This document shows positions 48,638 to 59,400 of a stretch of 64,000 nucleotides of DNA, one piece after another. The notes under the pieces are model-generated. The model did no database searches. It was given only the letters and a program-made list of their open reading frames with translations, and had not been told where the DNA came from. Both the position numbers and the translations under genes were made by a program. Source of the stretch: a virus; the IMG/VR virus record IMGVR_UViG_3300038463_000401; one strand, 5' to 3'. Numbering within the stretch: position 1 is the stretch's first letter; each line of letters opens with the position of its first letter.

Positions 48638-49632
48638 AGATTATCACACCGTGCGTTCCGCTCGTTTTTCTTGGCAATGCCAGCATTGGTAATAACCTCG
48701 GTGCACCTGGCCCGCAGCTCCAAACGTTCGACGCTTATTACTCCGATCCTCCGACGGTCGGCCTTGAGACGGTTGCCGCAACGGTCAACCTTGTCTTTGC
48801 GCCGCTGCCGCAGTACGTGGTGTCCGGTTATCGCGTGTACCGTAGCATCCTCGGCTTTGTTGCGCCGATCCCGCTGCCGTCTGCGCTGGCCGGCCTGACA
48901 CTGATGTTATCCATATCGGGCGGCCCCACCCAGACCGTGACCTTCAACGGAGTAGACGATGTCATCACCGCAATCAATCTCGCTGTCGCCGGCGGGCGCG
49001 CCATCGCCAGTGTGGCTACCCCTACAAATTTCATCTTCAGAGTTGGAGTTTCTACAGTTCCTGGATCACTGCAAATTGTCGGTGGAACAGCGCTGTCACT
49101 CCTTGGGCTTACCGCAAGAACTATTACAACACAGTCCGAGTTCGGGCTGCTCGCTGCAGTACCTGCGCCGGTAGACCCGACGGTTCTCGTTGAGTTCGAT
49201 GACCTTGATGGTATGCTGCAAGACTACTACGCGATCTCGACACTAGACTCCTCTGGCAACGAGAGCCTGAAGACCGCCTTCATCCAACCGACGACAGCGA
49301 CCGGGCCCGTCTGCGTGGTTCAGGGCATCGTCACCGACCTCCAAGGCGCGCGCCTGGTCGACGCCGAGGTGCGGTCAATCTTGAAGGTTGCGCCGACCAG
49401 CCTAGTCGACGGCTCCTTGGTTTCGTTGAGACATCACACCACGGTGCTCACCGGACCAGACGGCCGGTTTAACTTACCATTACTGCAAGGCGCGCTCGTT
49501 CAAATAGAGATCCGCGCGACGGGCTTCAGCCGCTACGTTACGATACCAGCACAGGCATTTGTTAACCTGACGGATCTTGAGGTAGATCTCCACTATCAGT
49601 TCTTACCAGATCCATTGCTCGGGGAGATCTAA
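48634..49632 (+). CDS. Multidomain virion protein (FN3-like, insert domain, beta-sandwich)
   Basis: VSGYRVYRS...YYAISTLDSSGNES FN3-like pattern; C-terminus paralogous to ORF 40607. Confidence 0.55.
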   Translation: MKIITPCVPLVFLGNASIGNNLGAPGPQLQTFDAYYSDPPTVGLETVAATVNLVFAPLPQYVVSGYRVYRSILGFVAPIPLPSALAGLTLMLSISGGPTQTVTFNGVDDVITAINLAVAGGRAIASVATPTNFIFRVGVSTVPGSLQIVGGTALSLLGLTARTITTQSEFGLLAAVPAPVDPTVLVEFDDLDGMLQDYYAISTLDSSGNESLKTAFIQPTTATGPVCVVQGIVTDLQGARLVDAEVRSILKVAPTSLVDGSLVSLRHHTTVLTGPDGRFNLPLLQGALVQIEIRATGFSRYVTIPAQAFVNLTDLEVDLHYQFLPDPLLGEI

Positions 49633-51621
49633 GTGGCCGATAGCCCCTCACAAGTTCAAAACCTGGACCCGAACCTAGAGTTGGGGTCTGGTAGTAATTC
49701 TGCGTCGCGCTACCCCAACCCGTTCTTCGATCTCGCTCAACAGTACATGCCTCCGACGATCAAGGAGCTGTTCCGTTGGTGCACGTTCTATTACTACAAC
49801 TCGCCGATCATTGGCGCGGCGATCCGCAAGGTCAGCCGCTACCCGATTACCGACCTGATCCTAGACGACGAACTCGAGTCGGTGCGCACGCTGTGGTCGA
49901 CGATCTTCAACGACTACTTGAAGATCAAGTCCAGGCTGATGGAGATCAACCTCGACTACTACGCTTACGGCAACTCGTTCGTCTCGATGCACTTGCCGTT
50001 CACGCGGTTCTTGATCTGCCGCGGCTGCAAGAAGAGCATGCCCATCCGTCAGTGGGAGTGGAGCTTCCGCTCAGCTGTGTTCGGCTTCCAAGGTGCATGC
50101 CCCGGCTGCGGCAAGACGTGCGACCTCGACGTTAAAGACGTGCCCTACAAGGATCTCCGAGGCATCCGCCTAATCAGGTGGAACCCGGAGAACATGCAGC
50201 TCAAGTTCAACGAATACACGGGCCGCTACATTTACATGTACATGGTCCCGTCGAAGCTTAAGAACGCGATCATGCGCGGGGACAAGGACATCCTTGAGGA
50301 CATCCCGCTTGTCGTGCTCGAGGCGGTGAAGAAGCGCCGCATGATCCGCTTCAATCAGGACAACCTCTTCCATCTGAAGGCGCCGACACTTGCCGAGCAG
50401 GATCAGGGCTGGGGCAAGCCACTCATCCTGAACGTCCTGAAGGACATGTACTATTTCTACACCTTGCGCCGCGCGCAGGAAGCAATCGCCAACGAGCACA
50501 TTGTGCCGTTCGACGTCATCCACCCGTTGCCAAACGGCCAGCAGGATCCGTACGTCCACACGGACCTCGGCAACTGGAAGATGAAGATCGAGGGCTTGAT
50601 CAAACGCCACCGGCGCGACCCGAACTTCAAGGCTGTCATCCCAATCCCTGTCGGGTTTGGCCGCTTAGGCGGGGATGGCAAAGCTTTGCTACTCAGCCCT
50701 GAGATGAACTTCATCACCCAGACCGTCGTTGGCGGGATGGGGCTGCCGCAGGAGTTCCTCTTCGGGGGCCTGAACTACACGGGCTCGTCAATCTCGCTTC
50801 GCACGCTTGAAAACGACTTCATTCAGAACCGCGCGCAGATGCTGGACCTCTGCATTTGGATAAAGGCCAAGATCCGCAACTGGATGGCGCTTCCCAACGT
50901 CAAGTCGATTCGGTTCGCGGACTTCCGCATGGCGGACGACGTTCAACGCAACCAGCAGCTAATTGGCCTCAACGCCCAGGGCAAGGTCTCTGACCAGACC
51001 ATGCTGACTGAACTCGGTTATGACTACGACCAAGAAGTCAAGAAGAGAATTGAGGAAATCTTCGTTGCCAACTACCTGAACGACCTGGTCGCGAAGGGTG
51101 GCGCGAAGAGCCAAGGTGAGGCGTCGCTCATCGCCTACAACTACCAGTCCAAAGTGCAAGAGCTCGCGGCGCGCGGCGCGGCCGCGGCGGATGCGCGGCT
51201 TGGCTTGCCGCCGGGGACGACCGAAGCTACCCAATCCGGCACGCCAGTTCCTGGCCAGGGAGACCCCGCACTAGAACAGGGCGCAGCTCCGTCTGGCGGG
51301 GCCGCTGGCGCATCGGAACACCCGACTGGTGGCCAGGCTGACCAAGCGACCCAGCAAGCGTCCATGGACCAGCAGATCCAATCCAAGGTCCAGGGCTGGG
51401 CAACCAAGCTCACCCAGATGCAGCCGGCGCAGGCTCAACTTACCATATCCCAGCTTAAGTCCAAGATGCCTGAGATCGGCCTGCAGGTTGAGAAGGCCTA
51501 TCGGATGCTCCTCGCGGGCGCGCAGCCTGGGGCTGGCGCTAAGGGGCCTGCGGCTGGTATGGAAGTCAACATGGATCCGATGCCTACCCAAGGCGCTCCT
51601 AGGCGTGCTGGGACGGTCTGA
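49633..51621 (+). CDS. Portal protein with zinc-ribbon insertion
   Basis: Portal-type blocks LDYYAYGNSF, IRWNPENM, LFHLKAP...GWGKPLI, GMGLPQEFLFGG.NY; long Gln/Ala/Pro tail. Confidence 0.7.
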   Translation: MADSPSQVQNLDPNLELGSGSNSASRYPNPFFDLAQQYMPPTIKELFRWCTFYYYNSPIIGAAIRKVSRYPITDLILDDELESVRTLWSTIFNDYLKIKSRLMEINLDYYAYGNSFVSMHLPFTRFLICRGCKKSMPIRQWEWSFRSAVFGFQGACPGCGKTCDLDVKDVPYKDLRGIRLIRWNPENMQLKFNEYTGRYIYMYMVPSKLKNAIMRGDKDILEDIPLVVLEAVKKRRMIRFNQDNLFHLKAPTLAEQDQGWGKPLILNVLKDMYYFYTLRRAQEAIANEHIVPFDVIHPLPNGQQDPYVHTDLGNWKMKIEGLIKRHRRDPNFKAVIPIPVGFGRLGGDGKALLLSPEMNFITQTVVGGMGLPQEFLFGGLNYTGSSISLRTLENDFIQNRAQMLDLCIWIKAKIRNWMALPNVKSIRFADFRMADDVQRNQQLIGLNAQGKVSDQTMLTELGYDYDQEVKKRIEEIFVANYLNDLVAKGGAKSQGEASLIAYNYQSKVQELAARGAAAADARLGLPPGTTEATQSGTPVPGQGDPALEQGAAPSGGAAGASEHPTGGQADQATQQASMDQQIQSKVQGWATKLTQMQPAQAQLTISQLKSKMPEIGLQVEKAYRMLLAGAQPGAGAKGPAAGMEVNMDPMPTQGAPRRAGTV

Positions 51622-51836
51622 TGAATCACAAGACCAGGAAGACCGTAAAGATAGACACTGACGACGCCGAGGACCGCGACGCGTACGACGCGATTCTTAA
51701 CGACCCCATGTGCACCATCGTTAAAGAGATCCAAGAAAAACTGACCACGATGGAATACAACGAGGATGGAAAACCATCCCACAAATCCGATAGAATAGTG
51801 CTTATCGTCACCTACGAGAAGAAGGAACTCCTATGA
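51621..51836 (+). CDS. Small acidic hypothetical protein
   Basis: Coupled to the portal stop and the next start. Confidence 0.6.
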   Translation: MNHKTRKTVKIDTDDAEDRDAYDAILNDPMCTIVKEIQEKLTTMEYNEDGKPSHKSDRIVLIVTYEKKELL

Positions 51837-52513
51837 AGCAGTTTAAAACGTTCAAGAAAACCACCGTAGGTTGGAAGCCGCAAAGCGAGTCCAGCGCGGG
51901 CCTCGGCAAGACCGCAGAAGACGCGAGCAAGGAGGAACTCCGCTCGGAACTAAAAAAGCACGAGGAGCGGGAGACCCCCGCTCAGGAGAAGGCTGAATCG
52001 GCCAAAGAACAGGAGATTGAGCGCAAAGCTGGGGTTGAGACCAAGCATGCGCATGACCTCGACGCCGCCGAGCGCAACGCGATCCCCTCCGGTGAATTTG
52101 CTGAGCCCGAAAAGCGCAAATACCCGATCGAAGACCGCGCGCACGCCGCCAACGCCAAAGCGCGAGTCTCGCAGCATGGCACGCCCGCCGAGAAGGCGAA
52201 AGTCGACGCTGCCGTCGAACGCAAATACCCCGACATGGGCGAAAAGAAAGCCGCCGACGCCAAAGCGCTAAAAGCCCTCGCCAGTAAGGTGATCAAGAAG
52301 GAGCACCCGACCTCCATGATCATGGCCGCCCAGCGCGCGCAGAAAGCCGGCATGAAAAAGAAAGCCGACGACCCGCAAACCGCCGGCGCCGCCATGCAGA
52401 ACTCGATGGTCAACGCCTTCGAAGGTAAGCCGTCGCCCTCGACCGCCTCCGCGCCGTCGATGTCCCTTGGCGCCACGATCACTGACCAGATCAACAAGCT
52501 TCGTGGCGGCTGA
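51833..52513 (+). CDS. KxA-segmented protein with RKYPI.D.AHA.NA.AR domain; putative head-internal protein
   Basis: Domain at about 52055-52237 repeated in ORF 63361; GKTA, TKHA, EKKA, KKKA at segment boundaries; AAGGA RBS. Confidence 0.6.
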   Translation: MKQFKTFKKTTVGWKPQSESSAGLGKTAEDASKEELRSELKKHEERETPAQEKAESAKEQEIERKAGVETKHAHDLDAAERNAIPSGEFAEPEKRKYPIEDRAHAANAKARVSQHGTPAEKAKVDAAVERKYPDMGEKKAADAKALKALASKVIKKEHPTSMIMAAQRAQKAGMKKKADDPQTAGAAMQNSMVNAFEGKPSPSTASAPSMSLGATITDQINKLRGG

Positions 52514-52518
52514 TAGCT

Positions 52519-52550
52519 AAAGAAACCGGGAGGATTACCCCCCGGTCTTT
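52519..52550. terminator. Bidirectional intrinsic terminator between convergent genes
   Basis: AAAGAAACCGGG...CCCGGTCTTT inverted repeat with A/T tracts on both sides. Confidence 0.7.
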
Positions 52551-52876
52551 CGGTGCGAACGCGTCCGGTGGCTCTTAAGGCCCCGGGCGCTTTTCGCAAC
52601 GAACCGACACAACGTGCACGCTAGCTCCGGATCTGGCACGTGCTTACCTGAATGTTTTGAGGGAATCAGATCGAGCTGAATGCCCGTGGTGCCCACCACA
52701 TTCTCCGCTGCGGCGAAGACCTCCTTTGTTTTCTCGACGAATCCAGGGTGACTCTTGAGGTACGCCCTCAAAGAGTCGCAATAGCGACGGCACACTTTGT
52801 ACCGATCGAAGTGAACGCAGGCAGTGGCCGGGCGCCGACCACCGAACCGCGGGCACTCGATAAAGTGATCAAGCAC
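52535..52876 (-). CDS. Cys-rich protein with C-terminal C2H2-type zinc finger
   Basis: CTLC-RFVAKSARGLKS-HRTRSH; additional Cys/His cluster at the N-terminus. Confidence 0.65.
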   Translation of the reverse strand: MLDHFIECPRFGGRRPATACVHFDRYKVCRRYCDSLRAYLKSHPGFVEKTKEVFAAAENVVGTTGIQLDLIPSKHSGKHVPDPELACTLCRFVAKSARGLKSHRTRSHRKTGG

Positions 52877-53289
52877 TAGCGGCCAAAGTTAGGCGCCAAG
52901 CCAGGCCAGGAATCCCCTGACGGCGGCGGCGCGTAGTTGCCTGATCTGTAATCATTTGGCCCTGGGCTAAACCCACGGGAAAAAGCAGTCGCTACCGGCG
53001 CCGGTGCAACGGGTAGCGGCTGTGCGCCACTTATCCCAAATCTCTCCTTGACCGCATCGACCTCTGGCCCATGCCCCTTCCCAAACTTCCTCCCCATCTC
53101 GATCATTGCGTGGCCACCAGCTACAATAGCCATCTCGCCCGCTACCCTGAAGGCTGTTTTTAGTGTGAAAACCAACAGATCCCTCCAGAAGGAGGCGGTG
53201 ACTAGCTGGCCAAACAAATCGTTGACCAGCACACCTACGGACTTGACAAGTCCCTTGTTTGCCTCAATGGCAGGTTGTGGTTTCTGCAT
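52876..53289 (-). CDS. Hypothetical protein
   Basis: GGAGG upstream; coupled to ORF 52535. Confidence 0.6.
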   Translation of the reverse strand: MQKPQPAIEANKGLVKSVGVLVNDLFGQLVTASFWRDLLVFTLKTAFRVAGEMAIVAGGHAMIEMGRKFGKGHGPEVDAVKERFGISGAQPLPVAPAPVATAFSRGFSPGPNDYRSGNYAPPPSGDSWPGLAPNFGR

Positions 53290-53398
53290 CTACCTTGGCC
53301 TCCTCTGTGCTAGACTTACGTGGGGCGGACAGGATAATTTCAATGGCGATTTCAAGTAGCTCGATCAACCAGTTCCCTCCTTGAAATTAACTTCTTCT

Positions 53399-53413
53399 CA
53401 AGGGGCTTATACC
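53399..53413 (+). promoter_or_regulatory. Candidate phage-specific promoter CAAG-GGG-CTTATACC
   Basis: Third copy of the motif, at a divergent junction 8 nt before the RNAP ATG. Confidence 0.6.
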
Positions 53414-53421
53414 AAAGGCCT

Positions 53422-56400
53422 ATGCGAAATTTTGACCCCACACAGCAGTTCGCTGCGATCAAGAAGTCGGCCACTGATGCGGTCAAAGAGATCTTCCCCG
53501 TTGAGGGCAAGCTCCGCACGATCCGCTTGGTAGACGTGACCGTCAACGACACGCTGGATCCGACCGACTATAAGTCGCAAGTCCAGTCCAAGGAGCGCGA
53601 AGGTACTTGGGGCGCCCCCGTCATGGCCGAGCTTGAGCTCGTGGATAAAACCACAAACAAAGTGATCGACAAGGCTAAGGTCAAACTCTTCACTTTGCCA
53701 AAGCTGACCAACCGTTTCAGCTACATCGTCAACGGCAACGAATACCAAGTGCACAACCAGCTTCGCTTGAAGTCTGGTGTGTACACCCTGCGTAAGCAGA
53801 ACGGAGAACTCAAGACGCAAGTAAACCTTGCGAAGGGGAAGAACTTTGACCTTGCCTTTAACGAACGTACAGGATTATTCACGATCCAAAAAGTGGGCGG
53901 CGGCCAAGCGAATATCCCTCTCTACCCTGTTCTTACTCATCTCGGTATTAGTCCTACTGGTATTGCCACTGCTTGGGGCTCTCAACTACAGCAAGCTAAC
54001 TCTAAGGCCGACCCCAAAGCCGTCGCCCGCACCGAGTCAGCATTCGGGATCAAACCGGGCGAGCTGAAAGACTACCTAGCGAAGACCGTGCTAAACCCTG
54101 AGACGACGAAGACCGTGCTAGGCCAGAGCTACGAGCGCGTCGACGGCCCGCTGCTGCTCGCCGCGGCGAAAGACCTCCTGCAAGTCCACCTCGGCCAGAA
54201 GGAGCCGACCGACCGCGACTCGCTGGCGTTCAAAGAGCTGCACTCGGTCGAGGACTTCATCCACGAGCGCATCCAAAAGAATAAACAGCCCCTGGCCTTC
54301 AAGCTTCGCCGCAACGTCGACAACCTCAAGCGTGACAAATTGTCACAAATTGTGAATCCCGGCGCGTTCCAGTCGACCGTCGAAGGCTTCTTCACCCAAG
54401 ACGATAAGAGCGCCACGCCTGAGCAGACCAACCCAGTCGAGATGCTCGCCGGCCAATACATGACGACGATCATGGGCTCGGGCGGCATTGGTTCCGACCA
54501 TGCCGTGACGGCAGGCATGCGCGAGATTCATCCGTCACATTACGGGTTTATGGACCCGATACACACGCCGGAGTGCTACGACCCCGAAACAGAAGTGCTA
54601 ACCCAAGAAGGCTGGAAGAAGTGGCCTGACGTAACCAAGAAGGATCTCTTCGCCTGCCGTATAGACGGCGAGCTGCAATTCCATAAAGCTGAGGCCCTAC
54701 ACCGCAGCCACTACGAAGGGACCATGTACGGGGCGCAGACCGGCAAGCTTGACTACTTGGTTACGCCTAATCACCGTATGCTCGTGCGCCCGCTGGACTC
54801 GAAATTAAACGCTTGGCGTATTGCCTCTGCCGAAGAGATTCACCGCAAACCCAGAACGTTCTGCACCACACATGAACCATTCAAGGGCAATAGCGACTTC
54901 ACTCGCTATGCCTTTCAGTACGTGCCCGGCAGCAACTCCATGGTCCATACAGAGAGTGTGGATATCGGGGACTGGTGTGAGTTCATGGGGTGGTTCCTGG
55001 CAGAAGGCAGCACCCACATCTCTTCGAAGGTGTCTGACTACCGCGTGCACATCTTCCAAAGCAAAGAAGCCAACCCAGAGAGCTGCGCCCGGATTGAGAG
55101 ACTCTTAAACCGGTTACCCTGGACTTGGAGCTTCAGCAGCGGGAACGCATACACCATTTGTGGCAAGGAACTCGTTTGCCAACTAAACGGTCAGGGCTAC
55201 TGCGACACTAAGTTCATACCTACTGAGCTGCTATCTGCACCCGTCGCCGCAAGAACCAGGATGCTAGAGGCCCTCTTGCGGGGGGATGGGCGCATAGACT
55301 CTGTCAGGGCAACCGGGGTTCGCTATAAGCAACAGGTGTTTACCACCACAAGCAAACGACTGGCCGAGGGCTTTGAGCAATTAGCCATAGGCCTCGGTTA
55401 CTCAGTCCGCACTGGGCAATACAAAGACAAACGGGAAGAGCGATACCTCGACACTTACGAAGTCAGGTTACTACAGCGTCTTACCCGCTCGGCGAGAAAG
55501 CACAACAATCGTCGGAAGAGCTGCGACTACTTTACTACCCAGTATTGTGGCGAGGTTCACTGCGCCACAGTGCCAGGCGGCCTCTTGTTCGTACGCAGAA
55601 ACGGCAGCGTACCCATCTGGCTAGGCAACAGCTCGCGTGTGGGTGTAAACATGCACCTACCCATGGGCATACAGAAAGACGGTAAAGACCTCAAGATGAC
55701 CGTGCTGCGCCCCGACGGCCGGACGAGCACGACGATCAACCCGACTGAAGCCTACGAAGCGCGGGTCGCGTTCCCCGGCCAAATGCCCGGCGACTCGCCG
55801 ACGGTAAAGGTCCAGTACCGCGGCAAGTCTATCGTTGTTCCACGTGGAACAGTCGACTACTACACACCCGCGCCGTCGGCGCTCTTCTCCTGGTCGACCA
55901 ACCTGATCCCGTTCTTGCCATCGACCCAGGGCAACCGGTCGATGATGGCCTCGAAGATGATCGAGCAGGCTATCGCGCTCAAGCACAGGGAAGCACCGCT
56001 GATCCAAGTGGAGTCGAAACCCGGGTCGTCGTTTGAGGAGAACATCGGCAACAGCCTGGCGATCCTGGCACCGGCCGACGGCGTGATCAAAAAGGTCACG
56101 AAGGACGCGTTAGTGCTACGCACAAGCGAAGGCGACAAGATCTTCAATCTCTATAACAACTTCACGCTCAACCGTAAGTCCTTCATGAACCACGAGCCGC
56201 TCGTGAAGGTCGGCGACCGCGTCAAGAAGGGGCAAGTCCTCGCGGATAGCAACTTCACCAAGGGCGGCACGCTCGCGCTTGGCACCAACATGCGTGTGGC
56301 CTACCTCCCCTATAAAGGTCTGAACTTCGAAGACGGGATCGTCATCACTGAGTCCGCCGCGGACAAGCTGACAAGCGAACACATCCACAAGAAGAGCAAG

Positions 56401-59400
56401 GATCTCAGCGACGCCAACATCCTTGGTCTCTCCGCCTTCCGTAGCTTCTACCCAAACACGCTATCCGCACAGAACATGGCCAAGCTTGACGAGCAGGGCA
56501 TCATCAAGAAGGGACAGACGGTCCGCCACGGCGAAGCCCTTGCGGCTATCCTCCAGCGCCGCGGTGCGTCGCCCATGATCAGCGTCGTCAACCGCGCGCT
56601 ATCCGAACGCCCCAAAGACGCGTCCATGTATTGGACGCTCGAGGACGACGGCCAGGTTATTGACGTGCAGAAGACACCGACCGGCGTCACCGTGTGCGTG
56701 AAGACCGAAGAGCGCGCCCGCATCGGGGACAAGCTCTCCGGCCGCTACGGCAACAAGGGTATCATCACCAAGATCCTGGCCGACAAGGAAGCGCCGCGCG
56801 ACGCGTCAGGAAAGCCCGTCGAGATCTTGCTCAATCCTCACGGCGTTATCACCCGTATCAACGTCAGCCAGATCTATGAAAGCGCTACCAGCAAGGCCGC
56901 GCTCAAGGCTGGCAAGCCTATCAGGGTCAGCAACTTTGACGGCGGGAACAACCTTGACCTTACGAAGGGGATTATCGACAAGGCGGGCACTCCCGACAAA
57001 GAGGAGCTTTTTGACCCAACGACCGGGAAGAGTCTCGGCAAAGTCCATGTCGGTAACCCCTATATCCTAAAATTATTCAAGCAAGGTACGGTCAACTTCT
57101 CTGTCCGTCAAGGCGGCCCCGGCAATCCTTACGATGCCACAAACCGTCAGCCACTTAAAGCCGGCGGTGAAGAGGGCGCGAAGGCTATGGACGTGCTCAC
57201 TACGTATGCCATGCTGGCCCACGGCGCACGCGCTAATCTAAGAGAAATGGGGACGATCAAGAGCGACCAGAACGACGAGTTCTGGAAGGCTTTGAAGTCC
57301 GGCCAGCCACTGCCGCCGCCCAAGTCCCCGTTTGTCTACGACAAGTTCATGGGCTACCTGCGCGCCGCGGGCATTGACGTTAAGAAAGACGGGAGCAAGC
57401 TCACGCTGGCGCCCCTGACGGATAAGCAGGTTCTTAAGCAAAGCTCCGGCGAGATTAAGAACATCCAGTTCTACCGCGGCAAAGGCGAAGGCGAGAAAGA
57501 GCCAATGAAGGGCGGCTTCTTTGACAAGACGCTCACCGGCGGCTACAAGGGCGAGAAGTGGAACCACATCGAGCTTCATGAGCCGGTGGTCAACCCTGTC
57601 TTCGAAGTCGCAGTCAGCAAGCTCACCGGCCTCGGCAAAAAGTACGACGACGTCGTCGCCGGCAAACTGCATTTGGACCCCAAAACAGGGTTGTTTAATA
57701 CCGAGGGCAAGGGCCTGACCGGCGGGCGCGCCGTTGAACATTTGTTAAAGCAAATCGACGTCGACGCCGAGATGAAGTCGCAGCTGCGCATCGCTAGCAA
57801 GGCCACCGGCGCCGCGCTCGACGACGCCAATAAGCGCATGCGCTATTTAACTGCGTTAAAAGTTAACGGCCTGAGCCCTGCGGAAGCCTACATCCGCAAG
57901 TCCGTGCCGATCCTGCCGCCGGCCTACCGGCCAATCTATCCTTTACCGGATGGGTCGATGGGCAGCTCGGACATCAACTATCTCTACCAGCACGCCGGTG
58001 TGCTCAACACCATGGCGAAGCTGCCAGTCATGGACCTCCTCGCCGAAGAGGAGAAGGCTGGAATCCGCAGCGACGTCAACCAGTCCGTCAAAGCGATTGC
58101 GGGTCTGACTGACCTGGCGATCAAGGGCCGCACGCGGGAAGGCTTCATCTCCGAGATCAAAGGCGGCACTGGCGGCCAGCCCAAAGAGGGCTTCTTCATC
58201 AGCAAGATGATCTCGAAGAAACAGGACTTCGTCGGCCGCGGCACGATCATCCCCGAGCCCGATCTCGGCATCGACGAGATGGCCATGCCCGAAGAGATGG
58301 CATGGAAGCTTTTCGAGCCATTCGTTATTCGCGAATTGAAGAACCACGGGAAGAACCCGCTGCAAGCCCAGGATGAGATTAAGAATAAAACCCCCTTGGC
58401 AAAGCGCGCGCTCGACATCGTCATGGCCCAGCGCCATGTCCTGCTCAACAGAGCGCCGTCGCTGCACAAGTTCTCAATCATGGCCTTCCGCCCCAAGATC
58501 ACTGCCGGCCGCGCGCTGAAGATTCCACCGCTAGTTTGCAAAGGATTTAATGCTGACTTCGACGGCGATGATCAACAGAATTTGATAGCGACATTCGTAA
58601 CAAATGAAGGTATAAGCAATCTGTTAAAGATTGTAAAGCCATCTTTTGTTACGGAGAGGATCATGACAGCCCGATTTAAGGTTCAACTGCCGACCATGAA
58701 TCATAAAGGTGAGATTTTATTGTTCAACTTAGAAGACTTTCCCCATGGAGAGCTTCTAGGCAGCAAAGAAGGGGAAAAGGGTAGGATAGATTTCTACAGG
58801 GCACTGCCAGGATTCCATGTTGTGGCCCACGATGCTGTCACTGGCAGGTTGGATTGGAAGCCGGTGTTTGGTTGGTCGAAGCACTACCAGCGCGAGGTAG
58901 AAGTTGTTACGCTTGCCAGCGGGCAGCAAATAATCACGGATGATGATCCGCGGGCTATTTACGGAATCGCGCGCGGTAGCCTAGAATTTAGCCGCTTCCG
59001 CCCTAAAGATGCCACAGGTGTCTTTGTTCCAAGAGCCTCCAGAATCACTTTAGACGGGGCTCCTATTTACAATGCAGTGCCTTTTGGTGATAAAGAATTG
59101 CAACCGCTCAATGAGGACTTTGGTTACTTCGTTGGCTGTTTGGTCTCCAACGGGTGGGTTGAGCATCATCTAGAAAAACCTACAGGGAGGGTTTTCCTCG
59201 CAGCTAAGACAGAGGAAGTCTCCAGAAAATACCTGCGCATAGTAAAAGAATTATTCGGCGATCGCCACATTTGTCGGCAAGAGCGCGGGGAGCCTGGGCC
59301 AGATGATAATTTCTACGGCGAGGCTGTTAAGCACTCGTTCATGTACCATGATCTGGCAGAGGCAATTGCCGCATGGATTGGCTGCGGGGCTCGCAATAAG

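Noticed and set aside
54574-55629. Intein 1 as class 3 because of its block-F Cys
   Set aside because: It retains Cys1 and TPNH and lacks the block-B Trp of the class 3 signature.
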